From the IMG/VR virus record IMGVR_UViG_3300046170_000289: DNA of 64,000 nt. One strand, given 5' to 3'. Each line of letters begins with the position of its first letter. The stretch's first letter is position 1. The notes below the pieces were generated by a model. The model did not search any database. It was not told the DNA's origin and saw only the letters and a program-made list of their open reading frames with translations. This document shows, piece after piece, positions 1-8,005 of the stretch. Made by a program: the position numbers and the translations under genes. This DNA is from a virus.

Positions 1-40
1 CCGCTTCGCGGTAACACAAACCATGCACAAAAACACTGTC

Positions 41-247
41 CTAAGTGTCTCCTACCTCTACATCATAGCACATACCCTCAGCAATGCAATAGTCACAGAA
101 TTGTTGATACTGTCTCAGGTCATCATCTAGATCTAAGTCTATCAACTCCTGTGCCAGTTGTATTTGCTCTGCTGGTGGTAGTTGTCCCTCATCGTATAAC
201 TCTAGAAGCATTTCTAGTTTATTAGATAGGGATGTGGAGTTGGTCAT
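41..247 (-). CDS. small acidic hypothetical protein
   Basis: 68-aa ORF; its start overlaps the stop of 244-411 (ATGA). Confidence 0.7.
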   Translation of the reverse strand: MTNSTSLSNKLEMLLELYDEGQLPPAEQIQLAQELIDLDLDDDLRQYQQFCDYCIAEGMCYDVEVGDT

Positions 248-411
248 AGTTGTGCTGAGAATGTGCGTGCGTCGTTAACTGCTTGCTGCTGACTCTTGAA
301 TGGTCCATTCTTTGGACAACCCTCGTAATCATACCGCCAAAAGTAACGCTTACTCTTCTCCCAGAGTTTTACATCAACTGGAGGATTGGTGTCGAGTGTG
401 ATGCTTTTCAT
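244..411 (-). CDS. hypothetical protein (55 aa, MKSITLDTNPPVDVKLW...)
   Basis: Read manually, below the ORF-track cutoff; fills the gap with coupled start/stop overlaps. Confidence 0.65.
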   Translation of the reverse strand: MKSITLDTNPPVDVKLWEKSKRYFWRYDYEGCPKNGPFKSQQQAVNDARTFSAQL

Positions 412-515
412 TAGTCTGTGTAGGTGTCAGATAGGGTGTCTTCAGTTAAGTCATCATACTCGGGTGAATCATCATCTAGGATGTCATCAATCCAGTCCTT
501 GTCGATTTCATTCAT
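411..515 (-). CDS. very acidic 34-aa peptide (MNEIDKDWIDDILDDDSPEYDDLTEDTLSDTYTD)
   Basis: Read manually; overlaps neighbours at both ends. Confidence 0.55.
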   Translation of the reverse strand: MNEIDKDWIDDILDDDSPEYDDLTEDTLSDTYTD

Positions 516-700
516 GAGTTGTAATCCTCTGGGCGATTGGTGGCATTGTCGGGCGATGGGCGTTGATACTTACCTGTGGATTCATCTGTGGAAAACTCAT
601 CACTTACTGTGCGATTCGTCTTGCCATACTGTCTCTTTTCTCTGATAGATTTGGGGCGTCGTGAGTTGTGGAGGTCGTTGCGTTTGTAGGTCCTTCCCAT
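512..700 (-). CDS. basic hypothetical protein
   Basis: 62-aa ORF directly downstream of the promoter at 742-770. Confidence 0.7.
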   Translation of the reverse strand: MGRTYKRNDLHNSRRPKSIREKRQYGKTNRTVSDEFSTDESTGKYQRPSPDNATNRPEDYNS

Positions 701-741
701 TAGTCAGCAGATCAAAAGTGTCTTTGGTTAACTACTCAGTA

Positions 742-770
742 ATAATAGAATCGATTGGCATAATTGTCAA
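742..770 (-). promoter_or_regulatory. sigma70-like promoter TTGACA-N17-TATTAT
   Basis: Perfect -35 (765-770), 17-bp spacer, -10 at 742-747. Confidence 0.75.
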
Positions 771-807
771 GTGGTCTGTGTGGGTTTGTGTAGTGGTCGC
801 TGGTATG

Positions 808-836
808 TTGACAAAAAAAACTCGCTGTGCTACGGT
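808..836 (+). promoter_or_regulatory. sigma70-like promoter TTGACA-N17-TACGGT with extended -10 TG, no downstream plus-strand ORF
   Basis: TTGACA 808-813, TG 828-829, TAnnnT 831-836. Confidence 0.5.
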
Positions 837-898
837 CTTAGGTAACGTATAACTCCGCAGATATAATTCTCGGAGGTATATTTATTAAGACATTTTAA

Positions 899-940
899 TT
901 ATCCACAGGTTTTACGGAAACTGTGGAAAACGTGTGGAAA
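899..940. promoter_or_regulatory. cluster of three DnaA-box-like 9-mers
   Basis: TTATCCACA 899-907; TGTGGAAAA 921-929 and 932-940; all match TTWTNCACA; AT-rich 878-900 adjacent. Confidence 0.55.
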
Positions 941-946
941 AGTATG

Positions 947-1573
947 TTAAACTGGGACAACATTAGCAGTGATTGTGATACGTTGGTCTGCTGGGTTGGA
1001 GTCATATCCGTGAGTGATGTTTGAGGGATATATGAGAATATCTCCTTCTGACTGTTTGAATGTTGCTTCGGTCATATTGTAAGGAGTTAGATCAGTTGTG
1101 TCTAGTTGAATAACTGGATAAAAGTGAGAAGCAACGTTTCGTCTCCACTTCATATAAGCGTGTTGTTTGTCATCATAGTTAACAAGGTAGGTGAGAGAGT
1201 AGAGGCAATTAGAATGCTCATGAGGAGCATAGATTGCGTCTTTGTTAGCAATTTCAAGGTAGGAATCAGAGAAGGCAAAGTTTGTGTTATATTTGAGTGA
1301 GTTGTTGTTATGTAGTGTTGTGGCATTGATGAGGACTTGTGCGAGATCTGGGAGATCATTTAGGAGTTGATTGTTTGGTCCTACTTGTAAAACGTTATGA
1401 CAGATTGCGTTACGTTTGTGATCAGTGAGTAAATCTTGTTTACTCATCCAATTAAGGATTTGTTGTTTTAGGTCTTCATGATTAGGGACAGAATAACGGG
1501 TGATGGGGATTGGAAACAGACCGTAAGTTTCTTGTGTTACTTTGTCTTCAATGTTGTCAGAGAGGGATGTCAT
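947..1573 (-). CDS. putative 2OG-Fe(II) oxygenase (TIGR02466-like, HxH type)
   Basis: N-terminal LFPIPI, HEHSN, distal YPSNITHG...RITITAN. Confidence 0.8.
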   Translation of the reverse strand: MTSLSDNIEDKVTQETYGLFPIPITRYSVPNHEDLKQQILNWMSKQDLLTDHKRNAICHNVLQVGPNNQLLNDLPDLAQVLINATTLHNNNSLKYNTNFAFSDSYLEIANKDAIYAPHEHSNCLYSLTYLVNYDDKQHAYMKWRRNVASHFYPVIQLDTTDLTPYNMTEATFKQSEGDILIYPSNITHGYDSNPADQRITITANVVPV

Positions 1574-1583
1574 CGTGCGGGTG

Positions 1584-1718
1584 TCAGTATCGGATATTTA
1601 GTTGAGCATTAGGGCGGACGATCTCACCCGCATTGTGTAATTGATCAGAGATGAAAAATCTTGCATCGTTACTATTATACAGTAAAACACCGATAATAGC
1701 AAGGAGGAGGAATTTCAT
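1584..1718 (-). CDS. small membrane/secreted hypothetical protein
   Basis: MKFLLLAIIGVLLY signal-like start inside track ORF 1584-1781. Confidence 0.55.
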   Translation of the reverse strand: MKFLLLAIIGVLLYNSNDARFFISDQLHNAGEIVRPNAQLNIRY

Positions 1719-1761
1719 GGTTTGAAGGTGATGATGTAGAGTAAAGAGTAATAAATGATTG

Positions 1762-1890
1762 TCATTGAGATAAGTCCTCAAATCTTTTCATTGTGATCAA
1801 CTCTTGAGTGAGTTGAGATAAAGTTGGAAACTCTTCTTGCACTTCTTCAAAAAGAGTTTCTAGGATGATTTCGTTATTGATGTTTGACAT
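1762..1890 (-). CDS. small acidic hypothetical protein (42 aa, MSNINNEIILETLFEEVQEEF...)
   Basis: Read manually; start overlaps the stop of 1890-2216. Confidence 0.6.
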   Translation of the reverse strand: MSNINNEIILETLFEEVQEEFPTLSQLTQELITMKRFEDLSQ

Positions 1891-2216
1891 TATTCTGCGA
1901 AAGTGTAACCGTTAGCGAAAGAGATTGTTTGACCATTGTCACGGACAAACCACTCATAATTCTTTTGAAATACACCGTCTGTTTGTGCATTACAGAAACG
2001 ATCGATGAGAGCGTTAAGGCGTGATTTAGTTGTAACAGTCTGCCAACCGCCATCAAAGATGCGAAGGAAGTCTTCACCGATCTCAGCGATCTTGTTGCCG
2101 TGAAGTCTTACGATTGAAAGATTCTCTTCTTCGTTGAAATGAACTGTGGTGTTGCCTGATGTCCAGTTGGTGGAGTTAGCAACCGCTTGATTCATTTGAG
2201 TTTCGATCTTACGCAT
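1890..2216 (-). CDS. hypothetical protein
   Basis: 108-aa ORF, first gene after the promoter at 2273-2342. Confidence 0.8.
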   Translation of the reverse strand: MRKIETQMNQAVANSTNWTSGNTTVHFNEEENLSIVRLHGNKIAEIGEDFLRIFDGGWQTVTTKSRLNALIDRFCNAQTDGVFQKNYEWFVRDNGQTISFANGYTFAE

Positions 2217-2272
2217 GATGAGAGATTTAGTAGAGTTGTGAGAGGCGGTCTTCTGTGCCCCTCGTTGTTTTA

Positions 2273-2342
2273 ATTATAGACCCTAGGGGCGGTCCTGTGA
2301 AGGGGTTTCACTGATTTTGGGTACAGTTTGCCAGGTGGCACA
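2273..2342 (-). promoter_or_regulatory. early-type promoter: GTGCCA-N6-AAACTG box, then TTCACA-N17-TATAAT
   Basis: -35 2296-2301, -10 2273-2278; 27 bp (2303-2329) identical to 5038-5064. Confidence 0.75.
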
Positions 2343-2858
2343 CTACATCGCATTAATGAATGAAATTGTGAAATTATGTTTATCTTCAAAGAAATTGCGG
2401 TTAGGTGTTGCTATCAGTGGCAGGTGTAAGAATTGATTAGGTTGAGGATCTGCAGAGGCAGTGATCACACTCCCCGAAACTTTCAAATTATAGAGTTGAT
2501 GACCGTGACACCATGCGATCTTCATGTTTCTGTAATCTGTGAAGAGATAGTAATCAGCAGGGTCAAATCTATCGAGAGATGGTGCGCTGTATCCATTTGC
2601 TACGATACACTGTCGCACTGCATTTACTCCTTTATTCTTGAATGTAATGCATTTAGATTCATAGGTCAGGCGAAACAGATCTTCAAGATCTTTGCCCTTC
2701 TTGTTAATCCTTGTCAATTGATTATCACTGTATTCTTGCCATGCAAACTCAATCATTCTGCCTAGATCAAAATACTCAGTGCAATCAGTATTACCGCTCA
2801 ATGTATGCATCAAGCGGGTCATTCTGTCTGTCTGGAATCGTGTTAAATCAATCATCAA
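2343..2858 (-). CDS. putative PD-(D/E)XK nuclease
   Basis: GRMIE...GKDLEDLFRLTYESK gives an E...D...ExK arrangement; ATGA-coupled to the helicase. Confidence 0.45.
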   Translation of the reverse strand: MMIDLTRFQTDRMTRLMHTLSGNTDCTEYFDLGRMIEFAWQEYSDNQLTRINKKGKDLEDLFRLTYESKCITFKNKGVNAVRQCIVANGYSAPSLDRFDPADYYLFTDYRNMKIAWCHGHQLYNLKVSGSVITASADPQPNQFLHLPLIATPNRNFFEDKHNFTISFINAM

Positions 2859-4093
2859 ACGAGTGCAGTAGCGGGGACACCTTTAACAAAGATCTCATCA
2901 ACAATACGCTGGAGACGCTTAACAACTGCTGCACCATAGTTACGATGCACGGGGACAGTCACAAAACCTGTGGGTTTGTTATACAATGCCCACTGCTGTG
3001 GTTGTAACTCACCTGACTGTAGTTTGCGAGCGTCATCACCATCGAGACGAATCACTCTGCCGATGGTTTGTGCCATCTCAACCACGTTAAGATTGCGAAG
3101 CAAAATGCAATGAGTAAGACCAGGAACGTTGATGCCTTCACTCAAAATAGAATAGTGAAACAATACAAACTTGCGTCCCTCTTCTTTGCCCCATTGTGTC
3201 AACGTGTCGAAGAATACCTCACGAGATACCTTGGTGCGATTGACATATGCACCGAATTTAGATGTAACGTGAAGCACATCATATCCACGCTCAGACAACT
3301 CATGGAGGAGATCTGTGCTGCCTAGGATGTTACCCAGCACACGACTAGAAGGCACAGCAACCAACACTTTTGCAGCGTCAGTCTCATCGAGATTGTCGAT
3401 GATGTCCTGCACGGTGTTACTGTGGACTAGGTGGGGATTCTTCTTGTCTACGCTGTGATCTGTCTCGAAAGGGACAATCGTAGGAGGGAGAATGTGACCG
3501 CCTTCGATTAACTCAGGAGCGGGGACATTGCAAAGAATAGGACCAAACACACCGACGTTATTCATGCCACGATCATGACGATTAGAGACACGAGGTGTAG
3601 CAGTGAAAAAATACTTCATATCTGCACATTCAGTCATCGCAGCAACTGGAATGAAGAAATTACGAGTGCAAGCATTGTGTGCTTCATCGAAATAGATAGC
3701 ATCAACATCAATGCCACTATCTACAACACGGCGCAAAGAGTGATAAGTCGTGAAGATAATGCAAGACTCATTTGCTGCTCGCGCAGTATCATTGAAGAGA
3801 GCAAGTTTGTCGCTCTTAGTTGTAGAGAAATGGTGTGTTTCACCGCTGTGGCAGTGTGCGACGTGTGTCCATGTGCCGCTGATGTGAGTCATGAACTCAT
3901 CGCTGAGTTGATTAGCGAGCAGGATGCGCGGAGCAACCACAACGATGGTGCGAGGTCCGTGCTGCAGCAGGTGACGAGCGTGCTCGATCATGATGATGGT
4001 CTTGCCACCACCTGTGGGGACGATCACCTGACCGTGACCAGTGGAGCAAAGCGCGTCGAGAGCGCGGGACTGGTGGGGACGGAGTGTGATCAA
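2855..4093 (-). CDS. superfamily II DEAH helicase (type III Res-like)
   Basis: PTGGGKT, DEAH, TATP, LSEGINVP, QTIGRVIR; likely TTG start at 4093 (LITLRPHQ). Confidence 0.9.
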   Translation of the reverse strand: MITLRPHQSRALDALCSTGHGQVIVPTGGGKTIIMIEHARHLLQHGPRTIVVVAPRILLANQLSDEFMTHISGTWTHVAHCHSGETHHFSTTKSDKLALFNDTARAANESCIIFTTYHSLRRVVDSGIDVDAIYFDEAHNACTRNFFIPVAAMTECADMKYFFTATPRVSNRHDRGMNNVGVFGPILCNVPAPELIEGGHILPPTIVPFETDHSVDKKNPHLVHSNTVQDIIDNLDETDAAKVLVAVPSSRVLGNILGSTDLLHELSERGYDVLHVTSKFGAYVNRTKVSREVFFDTLTQWGKEEGRKFVLFHYSILSEGINVPGLTHCILLRNLNVVEMAQTIGRVIRLDGDDARKLQSGELQPQQWALYNKPTGFVTVPVHRNYGAAVVKRLQRIVDEIFVKGVPATALV

Positions 4094-4116
4094 AATCTTG
4101 TTTTTGTTGTTAAAAC

Positions 4117-4178
4117 AATTATACACGCAAAACCCGCCAGTTGCCTAGCGGGTGTGTGACAGTTGGTCAATCGGACAG
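4117..4178 (-). promoter_or_regulatory. promoter region for the helicase: TATAAT with a degenerate upstream dyad (TGTCCGATTGACCAACTGTCAC)
   Basis: TATAAT just upstream of the start; dyad resembles the other early boxes; -35 is weak. Confidence 0.5.
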
Positions 4179-4242
4179 CGGTGTGCGTGGCACCCTGACG
4201 ATTTTCTTCTTGTTAAGAACGTCCTGAAGATATGCAGATAAG

Positions 4243-4404
4243 TTATCTGTATTTTTGGCACATTTCGTCGTATCCTGCCCCAATTGGGAGGGATTGGCAG
4301 AGTCGTTGTGTTTTGGCATCTTGCATTTTTGATACAGTATTGATCGCGCTAATCCCTATGTTAGCGCCGATGATGACAACAATGGCAGCGAGGATAATTC
4401 TCAT
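4243..4404 (-). CDS. small membrane hypothetical protein (53 aa, MRIILAAIVVIIGANIG...)
   Basis: Read manually; ATGA-type overlap with 4401-4778. Confidence 0.6.
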   Translation of the reverse strand: MRIILAAIVVIIGANIGISAINTVSKMQDAKTQRLCQSLPIGAGYDEMCQKYR

Positions 4405-4778
4405 TTACATGCCTCCAATGCGTTGCGGTGTTGATCATCGAAGATTGCCTGAGATACAGGGTCGTTGATGTAATTGAAGATGAATTCTTTGCAGTCTTCA
4501 ATTGTATCTCTCAGGATAATGTGAGGGAAGATATACAGCAACCTGTGGTCTGCTGTATATTGTTGGCGACGTGCATTTACTCTATACTTTGCACCTTCTG
4601 CCATGTTTTCAGTGATCTGAAATGCAGGAACTTTCTTGCCTGCATCATTATAAATGCAGTCATATTGAATGAATACGTCCTCACTGTAGAGGATAGAAGT
4701 GCCACTCACTGTGGTGTAATCAATGTCGATGGTTTCAGTCATGATGTTAGATAGTGTGATTAGGTTAGACTCAATCAA
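4401..4778 (-). CDS. hypothetical protein
   Basis: 125-aa ORF in a coupled run. Confidence 0.7.
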   Translation of the reverse strand: MIESNLITLSNIMTETIDIDYTTVSGTSILYSEDVFIQYDCIYNDAGKKVPAFQITENMAEGAKYRVNARRQQYTADHRLLYIFPHIILRDTIEDCKEFIFNYINDPVSQAIFDDQHRNALEACK

Positions 4779-5002
4779 GCGTCGAAAGTCTCGTGATAAA
4801 CATCATAAAAGAGATCAAATGCTTTCTCATCATTAGCAAGAGATCCAGCAGCGCCACGAGTCCATGGAGAGGGTTGCAATTGCTCCATCACCCAGTCGTA
4901 TGCCATATCCAGATCAGCGTCAGTGCTGAGCAGGAAGGCAGGCAGGTCAGCGAGTGCCTGCAGGAAGGTGGAGTCAGTGAGAAGAGAGGTTTTGTTTGTC
5001 AT
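4775..5002 (-). CDS. small acidic hypothetical protein
   Basis: 75-aa ORF directly after the promoter at 5009-5078. Confidence 0.7.
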   Translation of the reverse strand: MTNKTSLLTDSTFLQALADLPAFLLSTDADLDMAYDWVMEQLQPSPWTRGAAGSLANDEKAFDLFYDVYHETFDA

Positions 5003-5008
5003 GTGCCA

Positions 5009-5078
5009 ATCATACCAGAACTAGGGGACCATGCAACGGGTTTCACTGATTTTGGGTACAGTTTACCGATTGGCACAT
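5009..5078 (-). promoter_or_regulatory. early-type promoter: GTGCCA-N6-AAACTG box, then TTGCAT-N16-TATGAT
   Basis: Shares 27 exact bp with 2303-2329. Confidence 0.7.
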
Positions 5079-5082
5079 GGTC

Positions 5083-5268
5083 TCAGGTGTCGCTGGTGAG
5101 GTCGTCTGGATGTGCATTAGTTAATGCTAATTGTCTTTGAAGTTCATACTTTACAACGTTAGTATGCTTGAGAATGTGCTTTGAATAATGGAAATCCTCA
5201 GCAAGTTTCTCAATGCTCCTAATCTGTTGTAAGGCAGTCCTCAATCTACTAGCATTATTCAGGGTCAT
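5083..5268 (-). CDS. hypothetical protein
   Basis: 61-aa ORF in a tightly packed run. Confidence 0.65.
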   Translation of the reverse strand: MTLNNASRLRTALQQIRSIEKLAEDFHYSKHILKHTNVVKYELQRQLALTNAHPDDLTSDT

Positions 5269-5272
5269 TACA

Positions 5273-5473
5273 TCAGTTAATCAAGGTGTTATTGGGGATG
5301 AAAATAAACTCATACTCACCATCCATAGGATCGCGACCATCAACAACCCACTCATTTAAGATGCTTTTGGCATCATCAGCGCGTGAATCTTCGATGCAGA
5401 GTCTCATTGCTTCCAACAATGAATCACCCATGTTATCTAGTGAAGTTTCCTTTTCGTCGATGTCGTAGTTCAT
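5273..5473 (-). CDS. small acidic hypothetical protein
   Basis: 66-aa ORF. Confidence 0.7.
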   Translation of the reverse strand: MNYDIDEKETSLDNMGDSLLEAMRLCIEDSRADDAKSILNEWVVDGRDPMDGEYEFIFIPNNTLIN

Positions 5474-5700
5474 GAGTTGTGAGAATTAATGGGATTAGAG
5501 TAGAAATTAACGATCTCACGATAGAGTGAGACTTGTGGATCTTCTTGTTGAGTTGATGATACTAACTCTGCTTCAATGATGTCAAGAATCTCGCCACATT
5601 CATCAGCGGCATCTTCATCAATCAATACAGCATAGTCTTCGATCGCATCAGCAATCAACTCTAGTTGTCGGTTGGTGAATTTCATAATCAACCTACACAT
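5470..5700 (-). CDS. small acidic hypothetical protein
   Basis: 76-aa ORF; true start may be MKFTNRQ. Confidence 0.65.
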   Translation of the reverse strand: MCRLIMKFTNRQLELIADAIEDYAVLIDEDAADECGEILDIIEAELVSSTQQEDPQVSLYREIVNFYSNPINSHNS

Positions 5701-6026
5701 GCCATGGGGCGGTATACATTAGCGGGGATCTTGTCGGTGTGGTAGTCAGTTACGATTGCACCTCCAGCGATACGCTCTGCCCACTCATTGCGAGCGGTGA
5801 GTGCTGTAACGGTTGAATAAGACTGCTGACCGTTAGCACGAAAGGTGACACATTTAACGAAACGACGAACCGTAACTTTCATGCCTTTGACTTCATCAGA
5901 CTCAGCGATGAATGCCTCAGGGAAGAAATCGACGATGGTGACGTTGTTTGTGAGTTGCATGTGATGCGTTTCTTTGACTCTTTTAATATACACGGTTTTG
6001 GGGTGCTGTGCCGTTATAGTGGACAC
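5688..6026 (-). CDS. hypothetical protein
   Basis: 112-aa ORF; start may be internal (MQLTNN). Confidence 0.65.
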   Translation of the reverse strand: MSTITAQHPKTVYIKRVKETHHMQLTNNVTIVDFFPEAFIAESDEVKGMKVTVRRFVKCVTFRANGQQSYSTVTALTARNEWAERIAGGAIVTDYHTDKIPANVYRPMACVG

Positions 6027-6027
6027 T

Positions 6028-6243
6028 TCACGAGGTGGTCAGTTTTGAGAGACTGATCACCAGCAGAAACGAGAGCATGATCACCACGTCCCATGCTCTA
6101 GTCCTTACAAAATAGGGGACACTAATTAAATCAGCGATGAGTTGAATACTCACACCTATTAAAACATTAACATGTAAGACAACAAAGTAAGCAGTGATGA
6201 CACCAACACTGCCCACAATCCTTGCTTTACTGTCTAGTGTCAT
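6028..6243 (-). CDS. small membrane protein
   Basis: Three hydrophobic segments in 71 aa. Confidence 0.7.
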   Translation of the reverse strand: MTLDSKARIVGSVGVITAYFVVLHVNVLIGVSIQLIADLISVPYFVRTRAWDVVIMLSFLLVISLSKLTTS

Positions 6244-6482
6244 CAGAATGTTACCTTGTAAGAATTTTCAGTGGGGCACACATTGTAACCATTAGCAGGC
6301 AAGATACTGTGATCATCACTCAATGACCAGAGATTTCCTTCTTCCTTGATAACAGCGAAACCAAAAACTCCAGCAGTTGGCATCATGTAGAGACCATGCT
6401 TTTCTGCCTGTTTGAGTGATGAGAATCCACGGGCAGTGATAGTCCAATCATTGCCGAAGTATGCACAAATAAAGTCAGTCAT
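6243..6482 (-). CDS. hypothetical protein
   Basis: 79-aa ORF. Confidence 0.7.
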   Translation of the reverse strand: MTDFICAYFGNDWTITARGFSSLKQAEKHGLYMMPTAGVFGFAVIKEEGNLWSLSDDHSILPANGYNVCPTENSYKVTF

Positions 6483-6503
6483 GTTGTTAATAATTAAGGT
6501 TGA

Positions 6504-6692
6504 TCAGAAAGGGTTAGACCATGATTCATACTTGCTCATGGTGATATAACCCTCACGGCAAAGTTGATCAGTGAAGCAACTCCAGGATTCACGCTTTGCA
6601 ATAGCATCATTCGCCCATTGTGTGCCCTTGGTTGACACTTTCCAGTTGTAGCGAAACTGTTGGAGTGCTTGTGCTTTGGTGATCGTTTTCAT
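6504..6692 (-). CDS. hypothetical protein
   Basis: Start MKTITKAQ after TATAAT at about 6714-6719. Confidence 0.7.
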   Translation of the reverse strand: MKTITKAQALQQFRYNWKVSTKGTQWANDAIAKRESWSCFTDQLCREGYITMSKYESWSNPF

Positions 6693-6713
6693 GGTGTCCT
6701 GCTGATGAATCAA

Positions 6714-6772
6714 TTATAAGGGGTCAGGGTGCCCCTCTGCCGTCAATTGATACCAGTTTGCGAATTGGCACA
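6714..6772 (-). promoter_or_regulatory. early-type promoter box GTGCCA-N6-AAACTG with TTGACG and TATAAT (atypical 22-bp spacing)
   Basis: Same upstream box as at 2342 and 5078. Confidence 0.55.
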
Positions 6773-7296
6773 CTAGGATAGACTGCTCCCAGACTCACAC
6801 GATATCCGCTCTCAGGTCCCTCACCGCGATGGATGACATTTGAATTGAATATAACTAAGCGACCTAATTTCCACTTCACAACATCATCTTCAAAGACAGT
6901 ATTTCCACTGTTACCATGTCCCATGTAGATAACACTCAAATAATCATCACTATCAGCATCAGTATGATCACACCCTGATTGACCTGCAATCTGAGCATTT
7001 AAGAGCACACGATGACAATGACCCACAGTCCATTCTTTACACAAATCATTCCACATGCAGTGATTGAAATACTCAATAAACCACCATGGTTGAATGTCAA
7101 CGAATGAATCATTCTCAACTAACATCGACCCGAAGAATCGTGCTTTGTCGAAATCTGCATACGGTGAGTTATTATACCTAACAGGCATAAACTCTAGATC
7201 TTGTGATACTTTCTCCACCATCCATCGTGGAAAATAGTCATCAACTATCGTTATTTCGTCCTTGGGATGCATCATGTGCTGAGTCCAATAATTCAT
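6724..7296 (-). CDS. 2OG-Fe(II) oxygenase (prolyl-hydroxylase-like, HxD)
   Basis: HTDAD...GRLVIFNSNVIHRG...RVSL. Confidence 0.8.
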   Translation of the reverse strand: MNYWTQHMMHPKDEITIVDDYFPRWMVEKVSQDLEFMPVRYNNSPYADFDKARFFGSMLVENDSFVDIQPWWFIEYFNHCMWNDLCKEWTVGHCHRVLLNAQIAGQSGCDHTDADSDDYLSVIYMGHGNSGNTVFEDDVVKWKLGRLVIFNSNVIHRGEGPESGYRVSLGAVYPSVPIRKLVSIDGRGAP

Positions 7297-7447
7297 TTAA
7301 TTCTTGACACTTAGCGATTCGCTCGCTAATACTGTCCTCAAGTGATTCTCCACTCAATGTGGAGTCACCATATCGTGCCATCATTGCAGATAGATCCTCA
7401 ATTGCCTTAGCAACTTTCTCTCCTTCTGCTCTACCATCCTTCATCAT
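7241..7447 (-). CDS. hypothetical protein
   Basis: 68-aa ORF. Confidence 0.55.
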   Translation of the reverse strand: MMKDGRAEGEKVAKAIEDLSAMMARYGDSTLSGESLEDSISERIAKCQELNELLDSAHDASQGRNNDS

Positions 7448-7637
7448 CTTCCTCCCTGTTGAGAATTTCCCTTAAACCATTAGTGATCATTTGTTGGATC
7501 TGATTCTCATCTAGACCCTTAAACATACTATATCTAGGATCATTCTCATCCCATTCCACTTGAAATGTGCCGTCAGGATTCTCTGTAATAGACAATCCAT
7601 CAACGTCATTGAAATCCTTTGGGTTGTTGTTTAGCAT
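7431..7637 (-). CDS. small acidic hypothetical protein
   Basis: 68-aa ORF. Confidence 0.65.
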   Translation of the reverse strand: MLNNNPKDFNDVDGLSITENPDGTFQVEWDENDPRYSMFKGLDENQIQQMITNGLREILNREEDDEGW

Positions 7638-7815
7638 CGATTACCTCAATTCTGTTGATAAAGTGTTTGAAATTCCACCATGCAGTTTGTGCCTCCTCCC
7701 ATGAAGATACGATCTTCACGCTATCATCTTTGCACCAAATCTTATAACGGTGGCGGTCATAAGGGGCATCGCTGGTCTGTGTGAAATAGGGTGGCAATTC
7801 GTTAGTTGATTTCAT
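7606..7815 (-). CDS. hypothetical protein
   Basis: Likely start MKSTNEL. Confidence 0.65.
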   Translation of the reverse strand: MKSTNELPPYFTQTSDAPYDRHRYKIWCKDDSVKIVSSWEEAQTAWWNFKHFINRIEVIDAKQQPKGFQ

Positions 7816-8005
7816 TGTAGTCCCAGTCATTGTCATGTGGATAGTCTACCCAAAACCAAAAGTCAACGTTGTCAATAGCACTGAAAAACCAGCGATCAGC
7901 ACGTTTGTGCTCAATGTAGACCAGTGATTTAGAGTTTAGATTGTTGGCAAAGATGGTCTTTGCCTTGTCACTCTTGGGCGTGACTTTACATTTACCTCTT
8001 AACAT
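7802..8005 (-). CDS. hypothetical protein
   Basis: 67-aa ORF. Confidence 0.65.
   Translation of the reverse strand: MLRGKCKVTPKSDKAKTIFANNLNSKSLVYIEHKRADRWFFSAIDNVDFWFWVDYPHDNDWDYNEIN

Noticed and set aside
6714-6745. TTGACG and TATAAT as a canonical sigma70 promoter
   Set aside because: The spacing is 22 bp, so it is kept only as a lower-confidence element because of the shared upstream box
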